Source: a virus
Lineage: Duplodnaviria > Heunggongvirae > Uroviricota > Caudoviricetes
Strand: one strand, 5' to 3'
Length of the DNA stretch: 64,000 nucleotides
IMG/VR virus record: IMGVR_UViG_3300025316_000590
Coordinates: 134-64,133 of that record
A program made the translations under genes and the position numbers. Below are positions 29,906-39,200 of this stretch, in pieces (positions within the stretch are counted from its first letter, which is position 1; every line of letters starts with the position of its first letter). Below the pieces are notes generated by a model. That model saw only the letters and a program-made list of their open reading frames with translations, made no database searches and was not told where the DNA came from.

Positions 29906-30238
29906 TCAATAACCGTATGCATCGTTGTAGGCTTCGCAGCCGCCCATCATGCCCGCCTGCATGGCGATCTCGTGCTGCCAGTCGTTGCTGGCGTGGGGGC
30001 GACCGGGCATGAAGCCTGGGTTCTTGCGGACGGCAAGCTGGTGAACCTCGTTGCCGTTTTCGACGCGGGTAAGCTGGATATAGGCTACGCTGCCGGTCGG
30101 GCTATACAGGGGGAACACCGGGTTGTTGAACTGCTCGCGGGCGGCTGCCTCGGTCGAGAAGTCATCGCCAGTCCAGCAGTCGTCGTTGCCGGCGTTTGGG
30201 TGCGAGCCCCAGAACTCAACGCAGAATTTCGTAAGCAT
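29906..30238 (-). CDS. Hypothetical protein (start MLTKFCVEFWG)
   Basis: AGGA SD; intergenic promoter lies upstream of this start. Confidence 0.65.
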   Translation of the reverse strand: MLTKFCVEFWGSHPNAGNDDCWTGDDFSTEAAAREQFNNPVFPLYSPTGSVAYIQLTRVENGNEVHQLAVRKNPGFMPGRPHASNDWQHEIAMQAGMMGGCEAYNDAYGY

Positions 30239-30286
30239 GGTTGGGTATCCTAGCTGGTTTTGGGTAGTTTCTGGAAGGCATATCAT

Positions 30287-30301
30287 GCGAATGCCGTGCC
30301 A
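30287..30301 (-). promoter_or_regulatory. Sigma54-type promoter
   Basis: Minus strand TGGCACG-GCAT-TCGCA. Confidence 0.65.
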
Positions 30302-30308
30302 GTTGAAT

Positions 30309-30590
30309 CTAGTAGTCGGATCGATAACCGTGGTTAGCGTGGGCGTCGCACCAGTCTTGGATCTGCTTATTCCAGCCATCGGGCAAGGTAGTGGTCGGGA
30401 CGTCGGAGGCGTTAAGGAGATCGCCATCTTCCACGACTTGGCAGATCATAGTAAAGATGCCGTTGTCGTTCATAATGATTTCATCGCCGAACTCGCAGTT
30501 TTCGTTCCAGCAGCGGAAGTGCTGATCGATGTTGTAACGAAGGTCATCAGAAAAGCACGCCAACGGGTGGGTGGTTTGCTCAGTAGTCAT
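30309..30590 (-). CDS. Hypothetical acidic protein
   Basis: ORF lies between two promoter copies. Confidence 0.6.
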   Translation of the reverse strand: MTTEQTTHPLACFSDDLRYNIDQHFRCWNENCEFGDEIIMNDNGIFTMICQVVEDGDLLNASDVPTTTLPDGWNKQIQDWCDAHANHGYRSDY

Positions 30591-30634
30591 AATAGTGGTT
30601 TCTATGGGTTAGAGGGTTCTGGAAGGAATATCAC

Positions 30635-30649
30635 GCAATTCGTGTGCCA
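30635..30649 (-). promoter_or_regulatory. Sigma54-type promoter
   Basis: Minus strand TGGCACA-CGAA-TTGCG. Confidence 0.75.
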
Positions 30650-30667
30650 GTATGATACGACTTTAGT

Positions 30668-30710
30668 CGGTTAGGGACGGTTAGGGACGGTTAGGGTCGG
30701 TTAGGGTCGG
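30668..30710. repeat. 10-bp tandem repeat CGGTTAGGG(A/T) x4
   Basis: Read directly. Confidence 0.9.
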
Positions 30711-31406
30711 TGTTTTCAGGTATAGCGGGTCGGGAGACTGATAGATAAAGCGAGTCACTTTGGCGGACGGTTCAACCGCACTACGGCAGTCAGGACGTTT
30801 GGCACGCGGCTAACCCGCCACTACGGAAGCGAAGCAACCGGCGAAAAGACGGAAGTCCCATAACGTACTACGGTGTGGCCTTAACCGCCTGAACGGGAAT
30901 TCCGAGCAGATCGCCCCTTATACGATACGCTTTTTTGGCAGAGCCCTTACACGTAGCGGCAATTATTTGATAAGCGAACAGCTATTCCGCAGGAAGTTTT
31001 AGGTTTAGGCTGGTATTAGGGCAAAATTAGGGCAGAATTCCGTCCAGAATTATTTCAGTTGCCAGTTTACAAGCAGTTTGGAACCCTGCCAACACAGTCG
31101 TTTGCGGGTCGATTGTGAACGACAAGCAGTACGACGAGGCCATTTATCTTAGGTAGGCTGCTGACGGTCTACTGCTCCCCACGATTTGCCGACCTGCATG
31201 TCGGAGATCACCGACGCCACCGCCGGCGACTCAGTGCAAAGTGCATAATACCCTAGCAACTGCATAGGGTTTTCCATTATGTCGGTTTCCGACGAAATGG
31301 GAGAGCATATTGAAATGATATGGCACAACGCGGTAAGATACTAGATACGGCGAAGGAACAGTATCGCCATAAACCCCTGTTTCTAGCGGCTTTATAGGAG
31401 GTCAGT

Positions 31407-31991
31407 ATGATGAGGTGTATGATATGGTGTATGATGTTTGTTTTGGGATGCACACACGGTCCTGATTTGACTGTGTTAAAAACCGAGCAAAAGCCATGCA
31501 GTCAGCCCGTAACGGCAACGCAAAATCATCCAGCCTACTTGCCCAACATGATCCTGACGCCTGGCAAAGTTTCAGCAGGCTGGACTTTGGATGATACCAA
31601 GCAGGCTGGCGGCACGCAGAGCCACCGCAACGTTCCGGAATCATTGAAGAAGGCTGTCTGGGAAAGGTACGGGTATGATAAGACCATCGGGCCGTACCAT
31701 GATCACAGCGGTGAATTTGAGATTGATCACCGACTTATGAATGCGTTAGGTGGATCATCTACAATAGAGAACCTGTGGCCCGAGCCTTATAATGTGCAGT
31801 GGGGAGCGCACATCAAAGATCGGCTTGAGGATCGTATTCTGGCAAAAGTGAAGTCTGGGAAGATGACACTCAAACAGGGTCAGGATGTATTCCTTGAGCC
31901 CGATTGGACGAAGGTCTACATCCGAGAGGGTTTGTCTACGCCCCCGAATATTAGTGCTGTACGTTCATGTCCTGACGATGATCATGAATAG
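31407..31991 (+). CDS. HNH-domain protein with putative lipoprotein signal
   Basis: GGAGG SD; FVLGC lipobox-like; EIDHR..LGGS..ENLWPEP..KDRLE. Confidence 0.7.
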   Translation: MMRCMIWCMMFVLGCTHGPDLTVLKTEQKPCSQPVTATQNHPAYLPNMILTPGKVSAGWTLDDTKQAGGTQSHRNVPESLKKAVWERYGYDKTIGPYHDHSGEFEIDHRLMNALGGSSTIENLWPEPYNVQWGAHIKDRLEDRILAKVKSGKMTLKQGQDVFLEPDWTKVYIREGLSTPPNISAVRSCPDDDHE

Positions 31992-32040
31992 ATCGATCTT
32001 CTACTTCCTAAATGGTCGTACATGAGTTATATTGAATGTT

Positions 32041-33024
32041 ATGAAACGAAGACGTATAGCACCAGTTGGTGGTTGGAAGACCGGCGTTTACTGTATCCGA
32101 AATACGGTAAACGGTAAAGTTTATGTTGGTAGTGCTGCTCGTGATTTTGAACATCGTTTTGGGCAACATAAAGGGGCACTACGATACGGAAATCATCACA
32201 CGTCGCATTTACAATCGGCCTGGAACAAGTACGGTGAGGTGGCATTTGAGTTCGTCGTGTTAGAACGTTGCCAACCAGACCTATGCCTTGATCGAGAACA
32301 GTACTGGATTGATCGTCTACATGCTACTGATTCACAGTTCGGCTACAACAGTGTGCCTGCTACGGGACGCCAAATCGGATCTGTCAATTCTCCTGAGACT
32401 CGTGAAAAGATACGGACATTTTGGCGAAATGCTAAAGAGAACCCGATTCAGGTATCAATCAGATTCGCCGAGCGATTTCATCTCAAGTCGTCTGAGCCTG
32501 TTTATATAGCTTGGAATGCCACAATAAAAAGACGACGTAGTCTGTTTTGTATCCGTTGGTTAAAATTTGAAAATTTCTATGCTGATATGGGACCTCGCCC
32601 TGTAGATCGACCGATCATAGGTCGCATTGATGCTGACGGGTTATACGAGCTAAGCAACTGCCGTTGGATGACGCGAATGGAATCAGCACACACGTCGCTG
32701 CGGTCGAAACTGATTGCGTACAATGGAAAAACCCAGCATATAGCAGCGTGGGCTCGTGAACTTAGCAAAAACCGCATACAACTGGCAACGCGGCTGCGGG
32801 AAGGCTGGTCATTTGAACGTGCTATATCAGAGCCATATCATAAAATGGATAAGATGACATTCAACGGCGAAACACACAGTGTAGCCGAATGGGCTAGGCT
32901 GAAAGGTTTAAGTCACGGATGTATTTGTGGCAGACAACGCATGGGGTGGAGCATTGATCGAATTCTAACAACGCCAACACGTGGGAAATATCACCCACGT
33001 CGTCGCCGTATACAGTCAATATGA
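32041..33024 (+). CDS. GIY-YIG homing endonuclease with additional HNH-like segment and repeated DNA-binding units
   Basis: GVYCIRN..VYVGSA, LQSAWNKYG, REQYWID, GYN; FENFYADMG..RID..Y..SNCRW; 2x NG.T....WA..GWS. Confidence 0.85.
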   Translation: MKRRRIAPVGGWKTGVYCIRNTVNGKVYVGSAARDFEHRFGQHKGALRYGNHHTSHLQSAWNKYGEVAFEFVVLERCQPDLCLDREQYWIDRLHATDSQFGYNSVPATGRQIGSVNSPETREKIRTFWRNAKENPIQVSIRFAERFHLKSSEPVYIAWNATIKRRRSLFCIRWLKFENFYADMGPRPVDRPIIGRIDADGLYELSNCRWMTRMESAHTSLRSKLIAYNGKTQHIAAWARELSKNRIQLATRLREGWSFERAISEPYHKMDKMTFNGETHSVAEWARLKGLSHGCICGRQRMGWSIDRILTTPTRGKYHPRRRRIQSI

Positions 33025-33225
33025 TGCTGGCCGCAGCCCTATACCGGAGATTGGAATGCTCATATCAAAGATCGTCTGGAGGCCCACGTGCGTGCTGAGG
33101 TAATAGCTGGTAGAATGAGCTTGAAGGAAGCCCAGCAGATCTTCGTTCCAGATTGGACGTCGACCTTCAAAAAGATGGGCTTAGATAAATGCTCCGCAAT
33201 CCAGGTTGACGAAGACATCCAGTAG
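33025..33225 (+). pseudogene. Displaced alternative 3' end of the 31407 HNH gene
   Basis: Startless frame CWPQPYTGDWNAHIKDRLE..GRMSLKEAQQIF.PDWT, homologous to LWPEPYNVQWGAHIKDRLE..GKMTLKQGQDVF.PDWT. Confidence 0.85.
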
Positions 33226-33232
33226 GTTAAAT

Positions 33233-36200
33233 ATGATCATTGATATCCCGATCTTTCTCGGAGATGTGGAAGGCCATGCGTTCCACGGCAATCAGTGGAC
33301 GGGCAATGCTAAACTGGCTCCCGATACGGGAGGTGGTGATGGCGGAATGACCGAAGTGGAAGAAGGCCACGATCAGACCATGCGGGGTGAGTTCTGGCTA
33401 CAGGGATCCACGGCGATGTCGGCTGATGGTGATATCGATGATATGAACCACGAGGCGTACGCCATCCAGCAGGCACGAAGTGATCTTGCCGATTCCCTCG
33501 GTGTGGACTCCGACGATGATGATGCAGATACCATCATCGAAAAATATGCCGAGGATCATCCCGATGAAGCTGATATTCTGAGGGGTAGCGATTACAGTAC
33601 GCCAGAGGCTAAAAAGCTATTCGAGGAAATCGGCTTGAGCCCTGATACCCTGTCGGTGGCACAGGGGTTCGGCGATTCCAGGTTGTGGGCGGCAGCAGAG
33701 CACGGATGGGTGCGGGTGGCTGGCAACAGCGTACAGACCGTGGGCATCGATAGCTCCAAGATGTCCGAGATCGCGGATGGGCTACATGATGCGTACGGTG
33801 AGGATGTGGAGACGCAGTCGTTCGATGTGGAGGTCGTTACTCATGACTCGGCTCGCCCCGGTATGGTGGTGAACTCGCACACGTACCGCGATGTGCCGTT
33901 TCAGGTGCTGGGCGAAGGAAATATGAGACGATTCTCTGAATACCGCGATGCCGCATTTTCTTTGTCTGGTGATACGCCGAAGCCTACTGGCGACAAAAAC
34001 AATCGGGGCGAGTCTGGATACTGGATCACGACACATGGCGGCCACCACGTCTTTATCCTTGAAGGTGGATCTGGTATCGATGAGGATAAGCTAAAGGCCG
34101 CGGCAGCGACACTGCCGTCTACGCCTGGGTTTGGGACGGCACAGAGCCGTGCCGCGAGCCGGGCGGCAGGAAACGTCATCAGCGGGAACACGTACCGAGT
34201 CAAAGACCTCATTAGTCATTACGGCGGGCAGTGGGATGGTAAAACTAAAGACTGGGTCATGCCCAACGCCGAAAGCACGAAGATGATGCGAGACGTGATG
34301 GCGGGCAAGTACAACGCCAGTACAGCATCACCCGCACCGCGTGTATCATCTCCAGCGGCAGCACCACTTGTGATTCATGGTGCTACCTTCGGCATCAAGG
34401 ACGTGATCAAGAGTGCCGGCGGTCGCTGGAATCCCAACGGGAAGAATTGGTTGATGCCAAACCAGGAAGCTGTCGAAAAGGTGCGTGATCATGTAACGAA
34501 GAACAGCATCAAGGGCGTGAATATGCCCGACGCCGCCAAGGAACCGGCACCGGCAGCGAAGCCGGAAGCAGACGCCGTGGAGGCAAGACAAGCGGTACGC
34601 GTGGCACGGGCGAATCGGGATGGGAAGGGTACGCTGTCGCGTGATGCTGAAAACGCAACAGATCATTCATCCCGACTGGACAACGTGGCCATGCAGAAGA
34701 AGACGCCGGAATCCCTGACCGCGGCCTTGGCTGCCACAGCAGACGCGGCGACGAAGCGGCGGGCGGCTGCCGATGCCATGATCGATCACAACAACCAGAT
34801 ATATCGGGATCATATTAACTGGGCCGAGACTCATGAACAGCGTAAGGCATCCCTGGAGCAGGAACTGCATCATCCAGAGGTAGCACAAGCTGCTGCTGCC
34901 GAAGCGGCACTCATTGCTAAACCCGTGGCGTGGAAATCGCATCGTGCGGGTGGCGACGTAACTGCAAGATCAGAAACGCAGCAAGGTTTCACGGTGCAAA
35001 GCCAGCGTGGTGAATATAGTGCTAGCCCGGATGAAGGTTATGTCGGCCAACTGCGTGGCTACCGCGTGTACTTCAAGGGTAGCGACGGGTCGCAGGAAAG
35101 TCTCGGTACTGTTTCAGACATGATCGGGGCATCGGGGATGGTCAACAAACATTTATCGAAGAACAAGGATCATACCCTGTCCTTGGAGGTTCCAATTGAT
35201 ATCGGTCGCGATGCGAGCTTCTTCGCTCCGGGCGTGCCAGTATCGTACAACGGTTTGGTTCAGCACGTCAGGGACCCGCAGGTTCAGAAGAATGCCGACA
35301 GAATCATTTCGGGCACGACCAACAAGCCACTGATACAGCGTAGGATCGAGAGCGACTCTGATCTAGCCCATATCTTTGGCGGCAAGATAGACTTGCCTAC
35401 CGCACAGCACGCAGCCGACATTACGTGCGACGAGCTTAATCTGTTACGCCTGACTGTGAAATTTATGGTGGGCGACAGCGGCCTGACCAACGATGGATTC
35501 CAGCGGGTTGGTCATTACAAGAATGATACAGCACAGTTATGGGGAGCTGGGCAGACCATACCAGTTCTCCTGCATGAGATTGTGCATCATGTGATGACCC
35601 ACAGCCCAGATTGTGAACCAGAGGATAGGCACAGTCCGCTATTTAACAGTACCTATTACAGGGTAGTCAATGCCTATCTACAGGCGATTGGTTCGACGGT
35701 TTGTCTGTCTCTCGATGTGCCTATTGAACTGGGGGACGTAGCGGGTCACGAGTTTCGTGGCAATCAGTACACTGTTGGAATAGCCAAAGACTATTTTCCC
35801 AAGGAGATGCATCCCAAGGGAATAGGTGAATCGTTTGTTCACACGACTACGGTTAAGGCGGGCAGTCGTGCAGAGGCGGCAAGTAAGTACTGGGCCGAAC
35901 ACGGTCCAAGTCATTTACCACGCATGATTCCCGAGGGTAGGCTGCCCAGGAAGGTCAGCGTTCACGTTAGCTCATCTGGATTTAAGCCTGGAATGGGCAG
36001 CGAGACCGGATCGGGACCGTCGCGTCTAATGCCGATTTTGGTACACGGACCTGGGGCTCCGCAACCGCTGGAACGTACGTTCAAGACCATGAAGCATGCG
36101 GCCAATGAACTGCAAGCGATCAGGAACGACTTTGCATCGGCGGCACACGATCCCATCGATCAGCTCAAGGCTCGTGTGGATGCAGTGGGCAAGTGGGCGG

Positions 36201-39200
36201 CTGGGCAGAAGAATACCAAGTTCATCGCCAAGCTGCTAGAGGAGGCCCACATGCTGCACGACAGGCTAAGTGGAGGCAGCGGCAAGGCTGGCATGCGTAT
36301 CCAGATGAACCTCGACGATTCGCTTGAATTGGGTGACACTGTTGGGCACGAGTTCCGTGGGAACCAGTGGACAAAGCATCTTCTTGCCAAACTTCCAACG
36401 ACGGACGATAAGTCTCAGTCTGGATTCATTCGCCCCGACGCCCAATTGGTAGATGTCGGGCACAGCGATGCATTTGACGATGTCAAAACACACGCGGCGG
36501 CGGCTCTCGGGGAAGATGGTGTTTACGAGGACGAGCCTCGTGCCATGAACGCTCTGGCCAAGGCGATGCATGTTGGGTTCATTCGTCATACGGGGAACGG
36601 AAGTTTTGAGATACACAAAGAGCCGACGGATAGCCAGTATCAGACTATTCAGGATATGGCAGAGGATGCCGTGCAGCGAGGCTACCGAGCACGGGTTCAA
36701 ATGTACGGAGCCAAAAATATACCATCGGGTGCCGCGGATAACGCATACGTCAGTGCGAACAGTGATGCTGAGGTCAGGGGTATATCAGATCGAGTTCGGA
36801 TGTACTATCAAACTGGCAAGCAGCCGTACGTGTCGCCACTACGCCTTGGTGACGTTGCTGGTCACGAGTTTCACGGCAATCAGTGGACAAATCACGGACT
36901 GTCAAAGTTACCCACCACAGAAAATCAGGATGACGCCGGTTTCATTCGGCCAGATGCGAAGCTGATTGATATGGGTAGAAGCATCGGCTTCAAGTTCGAC
37001 AAGAACGGTAGGGAATTAAAGGGTGGCCCTTTAACGCATCTAAAGGCGGCTGGTAGCCACAGTCAGCTAGATGTGGCATTCGCACATGGTTTCATTCGGT
37101 ACTACCCAGAGCATCAATCTTTTGATATCCACAAGGAACCGAATGATGCACAGTACGAACGCATCGCGGCGATGGTGCATAAGCATGCTGCTGAAGATAA
37201 GGTATCCAACCTGGAACTATTTGATAGCAAGGGCGAGAGCACGTACATTGAGATAGAACCAGAAACCCCTGATTTGGCCGTGAGCAAGATAAGGTCGTTT
37301 TACTCAGGTGTTAAACCGTATGCGTCTCCGCTACGCCTCGGTGACGTAGCGGGCCATGAGTTTCATGGTAATCAGTGGACGGAGGGTGCGGCTCGCCTAG
37401 AGGTCGCTGCCATCAAGGCGAGTAAGGCCCGCGAGGCACTGGACGCCTTGATCACCGCGAAGGCCAGCCCGGAGGCCAAGGAACCGCTGGCCGCGGCGTG
37501 GCGGAAGGCACAGGACGAATACGCGGATATCCATCGCGAGGTGTCGAACATGCCACCGCAGCCGCCACCGCCGTTGGGTAGCCTCACAGGCCCCGACGAT
37601 GGCAGCCGGTTCGACGAACTGCGGAAGAACGGCCTGCTGGTGAAGAACGGTCGCCCGACTGGCACGCGAGACGTAGGGCCGGTCGATATCAAGGGATGGC
37701 GAGTCGGCAGCCGAGATGACAAGTACGGTCGTGGTGTGTTCTATGCATCGGACGATCAGGGGGCGAAAGCTTACGCATCCCTGCATCCAGGCGAGGAGGT
37801 CAAGGCTGATGATCTTCACCTCACCAATGTCCTCCTGGCCGGTCATCAGGACGACGTGAGCATGAAGCTCTTCGGCAAACACTACGGCGATATGATGGAT
37901 GGCCTGGCTGCTCGCAACAAGAGCGAAGTTGTGGGTGGCCAGAAGTTCGATGTGAAACTTGCCAAAGAAGCGAAGAAGCGTGGTTACGACGCCATCATCT
38001 ACACCGCACCTGCCCCGCCGGCTAGTGGTGAAATCGCCGTGTTGGGCAGCAAGAAGCGTGCAGCGAAGCTAAGCCTGGACGTACCGCTGGAACTGGCCCT
38101 AGTGACTTTCGACGATATCAAGGACGGGGGCCGGAACCGTGTGCAGCGGGACTTGGCACAGGCGGCTGCTGACACCGATACCGAAGCCTCCGAGGCTGCG
38201 AAGAAGGCCGGGACACTACTGATGTCGGTGCGTGTAGAGGGCATCGACCAACCTGTAGAATTCGGATATGGGCAGGGCATGCTTCATGATGTTGATTGCA
38301 CCAGCACACAAAACGATGTTGCCCTTGACGTAGCCCTTAGCGGAGTCGATGCGGTCAACGGAAACAATCATAGGGTTGATGCGTCGGTGTCCATGACGCC
38401 GTCTGGTTCCAACCTTACGGGCGTAAATCATGGGCAACCCTGTGTAGAAGCATGTGCCGTTTTGACTGTTCCAAAGGTCACGGATGTAATCGAAGTCGAT
38501 ATTGCACTTCCTATGCGTTTGGCGACATCGCAGGCGAACGTTGTCCATGACGGTACGAAGGGCGAAATCGAGCGATTTGAACTTCCTGGTTTTGTAAGCA
38601 GCCTTAGCTCGCTTTCTGCATCCGTGACAGACACCCTCAAAACTCGTTCTGCCAGTCTTCAGCAGAACTTTATTAAAACTTCCCACGGGAAAGTCGTCGC
38701 CACACCGCTTGCAGCGTTTTTGACCAGTACGGATGGCCTCGGCGGTGCGGTTTCTGGCACGAATCGAGCGTTGGTTGAACAGCGTCGAGTCGTCAATGAA
38801 CCGACGAACATCGGAGGCAAACTTATCCGTGAAAAACATAATCTTCTGGTCGCATCGACCAGAAGTACCGATAGGAAAATGAATAGTGTAGTCGATGCCA
38901 ACGGTAGGCGACAGGGCTCGAACCACTGTACGCCGCCATCCATCGTAGCGGGTTGTGACCCTGCGTCCCGTGGCAGTCTTGATTTGCCGATAGAGATCGA
39001 ACAGCGGTCGGGAATCGACGGGAAATCCAGAGTGGACAGTAGCAATTCGTCGTCGTATGATGACCATACTAAAACCTCCTTAGTAGGTTGCGGTCATGCC
39101 CCTGGTGTTTCCAGCACGCAGGGGCAACTTCTATGTTCTAGCATAAACACTGATGCTGATCAAGATGTTAGGCATCAACTAGCGAAAGCTGCATTGGAAA

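Noticed and set aside
30800-31335. TGGCAC half-sites on the plus strand at 30800 and 31321
   Set aside because: No correctly spaced TTGC -12 element
33206-33232. TTG start at 33206 for the giant ORF
   Set aside because: It overlaps the displaced HNH tail; ATG 33233 gives a leader matching 19457
38320-39005. Tag-like words (VALDVALSG, SLDLPIEIE) in the plus frame of the insert
   Set aside because: Antisense translations commonly give such L/D/V/E words; cannot be distinguished from chance, so not claimed as selected
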